From Camelus dromedarius (lineage: Eukaryota): a stretch of 64,000 bases of DNA. The notes beneath the pieces are model-generated. The model was not told the DNA's origin and did not search any database. It was given only the letters and a program-made list of their open reading frames with translations. The stretch covers positions 36,148,001 to 36,212,000 of the forward strand of contig NC_087436.1 of assembly GCF_036321535.1 (NCBI RefSeq), given 5' to 3'. A program made the position numbers and the translations under genes. Below are positions 51,345 through 62,690 of this stretch, piece after piece (position 1 is the first letter of the stretch; each line of letters starts with the position of its first letter).

Positions 51345-51787
51345 TGGAGTACTACATAGCAGTAAAAAAGTGAAATAATGCCACTTGCAGCAACATATAT
51401 TTTCCCAGATATTATCACACCAAATGAAGTAAGTCAGAGAAAGACAAACATCATATGTTATCACTTATGTATGGAATCTAAAATATGATACAATGAACTT
51501 ATTTACAAAACAGAAACAGACTCACATAGAAAAAAAACTCTTGGTTACCAAAGGGGAAACAGAGAGGGGGATAAATCAGGAGTTTGGGATTAGGAGATAC
51601 ACACTACAGTATGTAAAACAGATTAACAACAAAGTCCTACTGTATAGCACAGGGAACTACATTCAACATCTTGTAATAACCTATAATGAAAAACACTATT
51701 CATATATGTATAACTGAATCACTTTGCTGTATACCAGAAAATAACACAACGTTGTAAATCAACTATACTTCAATTAAAAAAAAATAA
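50210..51787 (+). mobile_element. 5'-truncated L1 immediately next to the FGF2 exon 2 donor (antisense to FGF2)
   Basis: ORF2 3' end, 3'UTR and A-tail. TSD agaaagcatta at 50199-50209 and 51788-51798. Confidence 0.93.
51290..51342. repeat. Compound (GC)n(AC)n microsatellite
   Basis: gcgcgcgcgcgcgc acacgcacacgc (ac)n read directly. Confidence 0.95.
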
Positions 51788-51803
51788 AGAAAGCATTACT
51801 TAC

Positions 51804-51907
51804 AGAAGCCAGTAATCTTCCATCTTCCTTCATAGCAAGGTAACGGTTTGCACACACTCCTTTGATAGACACGACCCCTCTCTCTTCTGCTTGAAGTTGT
51901 AGTTTGA
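51804..51907 (-). CDS. FGF2: FGF2 exon 2 (104 nt; (I)KLQLQAEERGVVSIKGVCANRYLAMKEDGRLLAS)
   Basis: Matches FGF2; ttatag acceptor, gtaagt donor; phase-0 join to exon 3. Confidence 0.99.
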
Positions 51908-54834
51908 CTATAAGTAATGGGAAAAAAATTACCTTTGTAGCATCATGGAAAAAAGAGCTATGTACACATTTATATAGTATATAGGGTACAGACAAGAGAC
52001 ACTTGGGCAATCAACAGATCTACCCTAGAGACCTGGTAGGGGCGGGCAGGGGACAAGAGCCAGATGTCAATTAAACTCTCTTAGAGAGGAGAGGCAGGTC
52101 CACTAGAGCATGACCCCTTGACTCCATACTCATGCCAATGTCAGAGAGCAAAGAAGAGGGACAGGTGAAGATTTTTTCCTTTAATACATTTGGCAGTTAA
52201 CTACTTAAACTTTTTTAAGTTTTAGAGTACATAAACCACCTGTGAGGATTTCCACACTACTGCCTAAGTTTAAACCCTTTAAAAGTTATTTTTAACCAGT
52301 TCTTTAAAAATAAAATATAACTGCTAACTATTATCTTTTAGTTTGTATTTCCTTGAGTTTCTGTGCATCTTATTTTTAGCTTCCCCTTCAATACAATACC
52401 AGTGCATATCCTTGTTTTTGGAGGGGCTGTGATGTATAGATTTTTTTAAATAAGTATCTAGTGGAAAAACAAAATACTTATACTTAATTTGCTTATACTG
52501 TGTGATGAAAGATTTTCAGAACGTAAAATCCTGAAGAGAATGACCTGTGTTACACTACATTATCAATATTAAGCAGATTGTAGGGAAATAAAAAATTGAT
52601 ATGACATGATTATGACAATAATGCCATATGGACAAATAATCACCTAATTAATTAAATTAAAGTTTAAAATTTGTTTTGCTCTTCAGAGGCAGCATTCTCC
52701 TTCCCAAAACAGCATTCCCCAAAATGTATTTTGGCTAACAGAGATGACTTTAAAAACAGATTCTGGGGCCAAATAAATTTAGGAAGTTCTTGGTGAAGTC
52801 AAGTTAACTCTTTATCGTCAAACTTCTCAGAACTCTGCTTCTCATAACCTGTACTGTACATCACCGTAAGAGGATCAGGTATACAGTGTTTATAAAATGT
52901 GCTTGGTCTCAGAACAAGTTTTTCATAGGCCATCCTATAGTATTATTGAGAGCAACAGAAAAAATTATTATTAACTTTGTTAGATATAATTATGTCATAG
53001 TAATTATGCTTTAAGTTTTTCCTATCAGGCTTAGTAAAAAACAAGACATTTAGCCTTAAAATATTCCAGCAACCAATTAATAATGTTTTTATAAAGTGGG
53101 CAAGATAAACAAGATTGATTAACCTATGTCAATATTTATTAGAAGCATGGGAGTTCATTATTCTATTCTCACTACTTTGAGTGTTTGAGAATTTATAAAT
53201 TTTTTTAAAAAGACATTCGTTGTACATTTAATGTCTGATTTTCCTCTATGTACCTGCCAACCCAGGTAAAATTCTACAGTTTTTTGAATCTTAAAAGATA
53301 TACAAAGTTAAAGGAGTATAATCAAGACTTGTAAACTAAACAGAGAGAAGCATAAAGTCTTTTCAACATTACGGGAAAACGTAGAAATCAGCTTTATTTT
53401 TAAAAAAATACAATCAAAATCCCTTTAATGACTATGATTAAATCCTTTTATGTGGCTCTAAAGTGGTCTAGATAAGTCATATTAATTATGAATACATCTG
53501 CATCTCTTTTTAACTCATAAAGTTTATAAATAAGCCAAGACGGCATAATCAATCACTATACTTTATTTGGTGTTTTATCAATAAACTTACCCAAATTCTG
53601 CCCACCATCTTGTAAATGTGTATTACTGGTCACAAGGCAGATTATTAATATTAATCTGTGGCCAATACCAGTGACTCAATACCCAGCGTGAATGTCATTG
53701 TTCATTTATTCATTGATTTTTGACAGATTTCTTGGGTACTCCAAATTAGGATATTGTCATTCAATAAGCCACTAAAAAAAGCATTAATTGTAGATGCTTG
53801 AAAAGTACTTCCATTGCTATATAATCATAAAAATATAAACTTTAAAAATAGCCAGAGCCTAAAACAAGAAGGTAGATAAGCCACAAAATCATAGATTTTC
53901 TTAAAAAAAAAAAAAAAAACCAATTCTGAGATGCAAAGAGACCTAAACGAACTAAATTCCACACACAGATGATTCCATCCCAAAAAAGAGATGACCTGCT
54001 GCTTTCATCTCTGACAGGTGGAAGACCAAATCTGCTCAAAAGGAGAGTTTGGAGAAACCAGCTGAACTTTTAAAAACCTTTAATAGCTGCCAATGTGAGG
54101 AGTTAGAATTCGGTGGAGCCCTAATCAAAGAGCAGCTCCAAGCCACCTGCCAGTTCTCTCCTACAGAGCTTGCACCTAGTGCACAACCAAGATACCAGGG
54201 GCAGGGACAGAACAGAAGAACTGAGAGAGCCTCCTGAAGCACCTAAGGCCTTTCCCGCAAAGCAATAGTCCACCGAAGGCTGGAAGCAGGAAGGAGCTGA
54301 CAGAGAGCCCTCTGAGGTGCACTGAGCCTTTACCAAATGCAAAGCAGGACGAAGGGAGAGCTTCCAAGACAGGGAAAGCACAGGGTAGAGTTCAAGAGCA
54401 AGATGAACTCCAGACCTACCCAGACAGTTAACAGCTGGGCTCTAAGGCAAACAGGGATACAAAAAAACTACTCAATCTAAAAGAAGGCAGGAAAGGAGGG
54501 AACAGAAGGACAAAGAACAGATAGGGGAATTAGAAAACAAATGCTGAAGTGGCAGATTAACACGTTGATTGGGTAACGGCAGTGTTTCCCCAGGGGCACC
54601 GAGTCCACAGTGAGCCATCAACATGTTAAACCCAAACGTATCACTAACTACACTAAATGGAAATGAACTAAACACTCCCGTTTAAAGGAAAAAAATTGTC
54701 AACAATATAAAGAGACAAAACCCAATTGTACTGTTTATAAGAAAACACTTTAAATACAAAGATACAGCCACACTGAAAGTAAAAATGTGGAAAAAATACA
54801 AGATGCACACCCTAATTATAAGAATGCTAGTCTA

Positions 54835-54973
54835 GGGAGGAGGGTATAGCTCAAGTGGTAGAATGCATGCTTAGCATACACAAGGTCCTGGGTTCAATCC
54901 CCAGTACCTCCTCTAAAAAATAAATAAGTAAACCTAACTACCTCCCCCTGCAAAAAAACAAAACAAACAAACG
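54835..54973 (+). mobile_element. tRNA-derived SINE (camelid Vic-type)
   Basis: gggaggagggtatagctcaagtggtag...ggttcaatcccc and A-rich tail. TSD aagaatgct(a/g)gtcta at 54820-54834 and 54974-54988. Confidence 0.92.
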
Positions 54974-54988
54974 AAGAATGCTGGTCTA

Positions 54989-55200
54989 ACACATTACCAT
55001 ATATAAAATAAGCAACAAGGATCTACTGCATAGCACAGGGAACTGTTTTCAATTTCTTGTAGTAACATATAATGGAAAAGAATCTGAAAAGAAAAAATAT
55101 ACATGCATGTGTATATATATAACTGAATCACCTTACTGTACACTTGAAACTAACATTGTAAATCAACTATACTTCAATACAAAATAAAAAGTATTAAAAA
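54989..55200 (+). mobile_element. Short L1 3'UTR fragment
   Basis: caacaaggatctactgcatagcacagggaac...aatcaactatacttcaat + A-tail; same family as 39950-40100. Confidence 0.85.
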
Positions 55201-55393
55201 AAGACTGGTGATCTAGCTATATTAATATTTGCTGATTGGACTTCAAGGTAAGTTCTATAACTAGAGATGAATAGGGTTATTTCATAAGAGGGTCAGATAT
55301 ATCAAGAAGATATTATAAACACATAGCACTAAATAGAACTTTAAAACATCAGAAGCAAAATTAACAAAAGAAATAAATCAATAAGAATATGGA

Positions 55394-55493
55394 CAACGAA
55401 TCTATGTTCACGTGTAACTGAAAAATTGCAGTCTACACTGGAATTTGACACAATATTGTAAAATGACTGTAACTCAATAAAAAAAGTTAAAAA
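55394..55493 (+). mobile_element. ~100-bp L1 3' terminal fragment
   Basis: Ends ctcaataaaaaaagttaaaaa; TSD aagaatatgga at 55383-55393 and 55494-55504. Confidence 0.75.
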
Positions 55494-55533
55494 AAGAATA
55501 TGGAACATATGAATATTATCGACCAACTTGATC

Positions 55534-56980
55534 TTTTTTTTTTTTCCCCCAGTCAGGTAGGTTTTATTTACCTGGGACTTTACTCTCCTCTTAACATCAT
55601 AGTCATTTGAAAATGATATTAAAAAAAAATTAACTGCCAGCATGGTGAGCCATTCTATCCTATTTTCAGCCTAGTGGACTTGAATTATTCAAATCAATTA
55701 ACTCCAGTTGAGAAATTATTTTTCCAAAGTCATCATGATGTTAAGTGATATCAAGGGCTCTTGTCCTGAATCGTTGGTGCCCCTAGTATATTTGTTCTTT
55801 TTTTAATTCTCAGATATAATTCACAGAAAATACAATTCACTTAAAGCGTATACACAATTCAATGGCTTTCAGTTTATTCACAGAGTTGTGCAATCATCAC
55901 CATGATGAATTTTTTTTTATGATGTTTCCATAGCCTTTAGTACTCACATCCCATGTCCTGATAGATCACCGTTCCCAGTCCTAGGCTACTACTAATCCAC
56001 TTCCTGTCTCTATAGATTTACGTGTTCTGGATATTTCATATAAATGGGATCATATACTATGTGGTCTTTTGTGACTGATTTTCTTTTAGCATGTTTTCAA
56101 GGTTCATCTATATAACAGCCATTTATCAGTACTTCACTCCTTTTTATTGCCAAGTAACAGTCCACTAAACAGACCATATTTGATCTACCACCCATCTATC
56201 AGTTGATAGCCATTTTGTTTATTACGAATGTTTAGCTATTGGGAATAATACTTCTATAAACATTCATGTACAAGATCTTTTGTAGACATGTTTTCATTTC
56301 TCTTGCATATAAACCAAGAAGTTAAATTACTGAGTCATATGATAACTCTATGTTTAATCATTTGAAGAATTATCAGACTGTTTTCCAAAGCAACCGTTTT
56401 ACATTTCCACTAGGAATTGAGCATTCCAATTTCTCCATATCCAGGCCACAGTCATTATAATCTTTTTTTTTAAATTTTTTAACTATAGCCATATTAATTG
56501 GGTGTGAAGTGATACCTCATAGTTCTGATTTGTATTTTTCTGGTGGGTAATGATGACCAGCATCTTTTCATGTGCTTAATGACTATTTGTATGTCTTTAG
56601 AAAAACATCTATTCAGATCCTTGGCTCATTTTTAAATTAAGTTGCCTTTTGATCATTGAGTTGTGAGAATTCCTTATATGTTCTAGAGACAAATCCCTAA
56701 TCAGATACCTGATTTGCAAATATTTTCTCCCATCCTGTGGGTTGTCTTTTCACCTTCTTGATGTTGCCCTTTGAAGCATAAACATTTTTAATTTTCATGA
56801 AATTCAATTTATCAATTTTGCTTTGGTTATTTATGCTTTTGATGTCATGTCTGAGAAACTACTGCCTAATCCAAGGTCATACACCCACTCTTTTCTCTCA
56901 AGAGTTTTAGTTTTACCTTGTCCATTTAGGTTTGATCCATTCTGAGTTAATTTTTATATGAATTCTTTTGCACGTGAATA
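55534..56980 (-). mobile_element. Old L1MA/MB-type 3' fragment (~55797-56980) with a ~250-nt 3' extension and second poly(A)
   Basis: gatataattcac...attcacagagttgtgcaatcatcacca 3' end; poly(T) at 55534-55545 with minus-strand AATAAA at 55563-55568. Confidence 0.7.
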
Positions 56981-58264
56981 TGCCTAAACTGACACTACAT
57001 CCAACAACATCTAAAGAATAGACATTCTTTTCAGAGAATACTCCCAAGAATAAATCATAAGCAGGCCAAAAAACAAGTCTCAATACATGTATTAAAACAA
57101 GTCTTAATATAGAGTACTATATTAGAAATTAGTAACAATAAGATATCTAGAAAATCCCCCAAATATTAGGAGATTAAGTAATACATTTCTAAAAAAAACA
57201 CAGATAAAAGGAATCACAAGGGAGATTAGAAAATACTTTTAATCATATAATGAAAATTCCACATGCTTAAAAGAAAAAATATAGCTTTAAGTGTTTATAT
57301 TAGAAAAGCAAAAAAAAAAATTATGAAAATCTAAGCTTCTACCTTAAGAACTAAAAAGGGAAGAGCAAATTAAGCCTAAGGTTAATAGCAGAGGGAATAG
57401 TTACTACATAACAATTATACACTTGACTATATACAGATTAGTAGAAAATAATCCTCAAAAGTTAACAGGTATTTTCAGGGTGATTCAACAAAAATAGTTC
57501 TACTTTCATGTTTTTTGATACTTAAATTTTTTTCTTGGTTGAACATGTTGCTTCTATCATAAGAACATGACAATGTTAGCATTGCAGAAGTTTTAGGCAA
57601 TCTAGAATAAAATACCAAGTGTATGCCATATTAAACATGACTATGAATATAATCGCATTCATGAGTTTCAAGAGGGAAAGTAAATTTCTCAATTAAAAGA
57701 GATGTAAGAAGCATATCAATCAAAAGCAGTGTGTGAACTTGAATCCTGATGCAAGCAAGCCAACTTTAAAAATTATTGTAAGGCCATAGGGAAAATTTTT
57801 AACAGTAACTGGATGTCTCATGTGTCTAAGGGAATTTTTTACATTTTTAGGCATGGAATTATAATTATTTTTTAAAGGATCTTTTATAGATACGTATCAA
57901 TCATTTATATATCTAATAGGTACTAATACATACATATCATCCATGTAATAATTTATATAATCTTTTTTTTAATTATTTGATGAAATGGCATGATGCCTAG
58001 GATATACTTCAAAGCAATCCAGTAGTAGGGAGGGGGAAAGAGCTAAGGCAGGTATAGATGAAACAAGATTGGTCATGTGATGATGACTACTGAGGCTGGG
58101 TGATGGGTACATGGGGTTCATTAAACTGGTCCTTCTATATTTTGTATGTATTTGAAACTTCCCTTAATAAAAAGTTTTTTGGGTTTTGAAAGAACAAAAA
58201 AGTAACCAAGGCAGTTCATTGAGCAATTACTGTTAAATCTGGGTAGCAGTTTATTGAAGCACAG

Positions 58265-58617
58265 TGTCTTAGACAATTCAGGTTGCTATAACAAAAATAC
58301 CACAGACTGGGAGACTTACATGACAAACATTTCTCACAGTTCTTAGAGTCTAAAGACTCCAAGATCAAGGTGGTGTTAGATTCAATGTCTGGTGAGAGCT
58401 CTTTTTCTGGTTCACAAACAGCTGTCTCCCCTCAGTGTCCTCACATGCCAAAAGGGGTTAGGGAGCTCTGTGGGGAACTGATCCCATTCATGAGGGCTCT
58501 ACCTTCATGACCTAATCACCTCCCCACAGCCCCATCGCCTAAGACCATTACATTGAGGGTTAGGATTTCTGCATATTAATTTGGGGTGGGTGAGGCACAA
58601 ACATTCAGTCCATAACA
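58265..58617 (-). mobile_element. MaLR solo LTR (MLT1A-like)
   Basis: TG...CA ends, ~350 bp, typical motifs gctataacaaaaataccacagactgg / catgacctaatcacctccc / aacattcagtccataaca. Confidence 0.85.
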
Positions 58618-61189
58618 GGTATAAAACCTGTGTTAATGTCCCAGAGTGAGTCCCTGAGATATTTGTGGATTCTACACAATGTGAAACCTTAGCCAATATT
58701 CAAGGACATTGGACAGTCCAGGCCAGTGGAATTAAATTTGGTTACCTTCAGCCTTTTAGTTGTCACTGTTTCATGTCAGACTGGCTTCATGGGGAGGAAA
58801 GATACAACAATCATACTTGAGATTTAGAAGACTCTTAATAAGCAAAGCCACTGGATCTTACAATATAGTAAAGGCATAAGCCAAAGACATAGTCCATTTG
58901 CTGGCAGAGGGGGCAGTGGGAATGGGGGAGAGGGAAGAGGGTCTTCTTGAAAGGAGTAGCTTTAAATATCAGGTACTTCAAGGCCGGGAAGGAAAGGGAT
59001 TATACTACATTTCCATGTAAAGAACACAATGTAAAATTTTCCATACTTTTCAGGAAACGAAACAACATAATAACCAGACAAGCTAGCAAAAATTCATTCT
59101 GAAAAATGGAGGATGACTTTATCATCGACTCTTCTGAACCATATTATTCTTGCCACCTAAAAGGAAGCTTGCCACCTAAAAAGTGCTTAATGACTATGAA
59201 ATAGAAAATTAATTTTTGTAGTATAAGTAAGTACCTACTCCCTTGCACACACACTGAGCTAGACTCCAGAACTACAGTCTACCTTCTGTGGTCATTTCCT
59301 TGTTCCCTTTCTCCTCGGTCTAGGCCAAGAATCCTCTCCTCTATATTTTCATGTTAATCTGCTTTCTCTACTCAGGACAATTCTGTACCATACCTGTCTG
59401 TCCCTCCTTGATTGTGAGCCTCCTGAGGGCGGGAACTGCACCTTATCCATCCCTATAACCCATGCACTAGCACAAAGCCAGGCCCGTAGAAGGATCCTGT
59501 GAGTGTTTGGTGGACTGAAAGCATCTCATGCAAGAGAAGAAAACAGGTAAAGGAACCACTGCAGCAATGTCCTCGGTGTCACACTGAAGTATTATACGGG
59601 TGCTATGAGACAACAGAAAATGATCTCTTTTATTGGGTGGAAAATCCGAGAACCTTTCTAGGAGGGATGAGGTTCGAGCTGAGTTTTGAAGGATAAATAG
59701 GAGATAATCTCATGAATAAGGTAAAGGGTGGGGAGACTAGAAGGAATGATATTCCAGGTAGAATGTCATTCCAGGACTGAGACATGAAACAGCCACACTT
59801 GTTCTAAACAGTCATGTCCAAGACAGGTAAAGGAACCAGCAAAATCCAGACTGAGAAATTCCAATGGTCAAATAATCCAATTTCCTCAGCAATCAGTTAT
59901 TAAGGAGAAAACAGGACCGAAGGAGGACCAGAGGCTAAAAAAAAAGCTTAAAACTCACATATTTTTCAAAAAGCAAAACTAAGGCAGAATATTTAAGGAT
60001 GTCTGTCAGTGTGATGAAACTATAAACAAATGCAAAGAGGTGGTATAAATAAAAATCTGTACTTTTATTGGGGAGGCAAGGGACTGTGATTGGAACAGGG
60101 GACACAGAGAGGGTTCCAGGGTGGCTGGCAATGTTCTGTCTTCTGATCTGAGTGACAATTACAAGAATATTCACCTAGTAACAATCCATTAAAGTATAAA
60201 TTTGTTTTATGTGGTTTTCTGTATCTATGTTACATTTTACATTTTGAAGGTTTTTAAATTTTTTTTTTTTTAAATCTACACTGAAAGACCTTTCTAAATT
60301 GGATCTTGGACACTGATGCAGCCCAGGTCATTTCAGTAAGCTGGAGACCACCCACTACATTCAGTTCTGGGAGGCACAGAAGTCAACAATTTTGATTAAC
60401 ATAGACTTCTGATGGCTTACTAATGTTTATATTAAATCCAAGTAAGAAGTAAACTTGGAAAAATAAACTGTGTTATCCAAGCTTAAGACTCAATTCTTTT
60501 TCCTCTGTTGTAGCATAAAAACAAAAGCTATAAACTATAAAACTGAAGAATCTCATCATTAGGCAAGATCTTACTGGTCAACTGGCCCCATCATTATACA
60601 ATCACGTCTTAATCCCACCTACAGCATCCCCGAGAAACAGCTGTCTGTTACTTGAAAATCTTTAGCAAATGAGAATTTACAATCTTTCTAAAATGATTTA
60701 GATATGTAAACAAATGAACAGAAACTCTGATCACAGTAAGTAAACCACTCAAATGTTCAAGGGCTCAGAATATTACCATCTGACACATTTAGTTACGCAG
60801 TATAACCAAAAAGCCAAATTATTATTTCAGTGTGACCACCATTGCTCAAAATATTTTGCAACTCCTTTTTTGGAATTCCCTCCAGAATCCGCATCACTTT
60901 CTTTTATATATATATAAATACAGATGGACTTTTGACATTTAATATTGGTGATGCTTGCTAAGATTTAAGAGCTCCAATATGCATCATTTTCTCTTGAATA
61001 GGATCAAGGATGACAAACCTTAAAATCGTAAATACCAGTCTGTTAGAACTCTGAAGGACTTCAGGGATCATCCAGGGCCCTGTCCTAGTTTATAAATACG
61101 GAAGCTGACATTTAGAGAAGTTTGTCCCTGGTGAAAGAATATGGTTTTTGGAAACAGACAAGTTGGTGTTTCCAAGAACGGTGAATACA

Positions 61190-62300
61190 TTTATTCATTC
61201 ATTCAATAAACATTTGTTAGTAACAGCTATGTGCCAGGTTCTGTTCTAAGCAATAGGAAGCACAAAGGGAAATATAACATCAGTCTTCGACTTTGAAGAA
61301 CACACAGCATCGCCGAGAAGAGGGTGGTACCCAGATGAACAACTAAATGAGCTCAATACTGAAAATGCCATGAGAGAAATGCACACAAGCTACCTGAGAG
61401 CACTCAGAAGGTACACCTAACCCAGCCTGGGAGCTGAAAGGTTTCCTGGAAGCAGTGACAACTGAATGGATACCAAAGGAATTAGCAGGAATTAATAACG
61501 AAGAGAGAGAGTAGGAACAACAAAAAGCACACTTACATAACCTGCAAAGGAGAAAGGGAGAGAAAGCATGGCACAGCCAAGGCAGGTCAGGTACTTGGGT
61601 GTGGCCAGCACAGAGTGAGGGTGTTGAGTGTGCTGTGCAAGAGGGCATCACAGGACAAGATGAGGAGAGGCTAGGGGCTCTGAATACCATGGTAAGGAGT
61701 TTGATAGTATTAAGATGAAAGAATGAGAGCTTTGAATGAAATAGTTGGGATGGAGAGAAGTGATAAATGTGTGACAAATGAAGGAAACAGAATTAACGAA
61801 AGTAAATATGAAGGGAATGAAGGAAATGGAGGTAAGAAGGACGGAGGGAAGAAAGAAAGGAAGGAAGGAAGGTTTCCTTCTGAGCCACAGGTTTCTCTGT
61901 CTTGGATAACTGGGTGACTGCTGAGATGAGAAGTACAGGAGGAGGGTGAGGTTGGCAAGACAAGGCAATCAGATATGTGCCCTTAAGACATATTGAACGT
62001 GCGGAAAATCCAGACAGAGATATCCAGAAGACAGTCAGCTAAACAAATCTGGAGCTCAAAAAAAACCTATGCTAGAAATAAAGATTTAGTAATTGCAGCA
62101 AACAGTGGCTACCTTGGGCAAATAGACTGCCCTCAGCCCACAGAGGAAGATATTAAAATGGTTGAGATGCTCCAGAACAGTGTGTAGCAGACGTAAATTA
62201 AACAGCAAGGGACAGAACCCTGGGAAGCACCAATACTTATGGGAGGAGTAGAGGGTGTAGAGCAAGTAGAGCCTGGAAAAGAGTGGTCAGGCCAAGCCAG
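61190..62300 (-). mobile_element. Degenerate LINE-2 fragment(s)
   Basis: tttattcattcattcaataaacatttgtt...tatgtgccagg...ctaagc, the L2 3' terminus, followed by purine-rich L2-like body. Confidence 0.65.
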
Positions 62301-62419
62301 CGCAAGCAGCGGTGTGCTACAGACACACTACACACACACACACAGAGATTTGGAAACTAAGGAACAGAACTGCTACTATTTGCAGATGATACAATTTTCT
62401 GCATTAAAAATCAAGAGAC

Positions 62420-62690
62420 TAAATGCAACGTAATATTCTGGACTGGATCCTGGAATAGAAAAACGGTGTTAGTGGAAAAAGCGGTGAAATCCAAATGAAG
62501 TCTGTAGTTTAGTTAACAGTAATGTACCAGTATCAGTTTTTTTTTTAAGTTTTGACCAAAGTGCCACAGTTATGTAAGATGTTAACCTTAGGGAAAGCTG
62601 GGTAAAGGATATAAGGGGCCTCTGTAAAATCTTTGCAACTCTTCTATAAATCTACAATTATTCTTAAATGAAAAGGTTTTTTAAAGTCAA
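62420..62690 (+). mobile_element. Ancient L1 (L1MC/ME-type) 3' end
   Basis: ctggactggatcctggaatagaaaaa...tttgcaactcttctataaatctacaattattcttaaat. Confidence 0.65.

Larger units (their letters stand above)
54450..57400 (+). mobile_element. Very old L1 ORF2 5' region hosting four younger insertions
   Basis: Degenerate EN-region sequence (cactaaatggaaatgaactaaacactcc..., gctatattaatat..., ccaacttga.../cctaaactgac...acattcttttca) resumes across the insertions. Confidence 0.65.

Noticed and set aside
51774..52010. 78-aa and 83-aa (36496..36747) ORFs as stand-alone FGF2-like proteins
   Set aside because: The extensions are intron read-through; canonical splice sites delimit the true exons
54835..54910. 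tRNA-like sequence with A and B boxes (also 30660-30735)
   Set aside because: SINE head with unrelated 3' body, A-tail and TSDs; not a tRNA gene
61343..61968. Overlapping ORFs of 80-144 aa
   Set aside because: They derive from degenerate L2 and purine-rich low-complexity sequence, with no recognisable protein similarity
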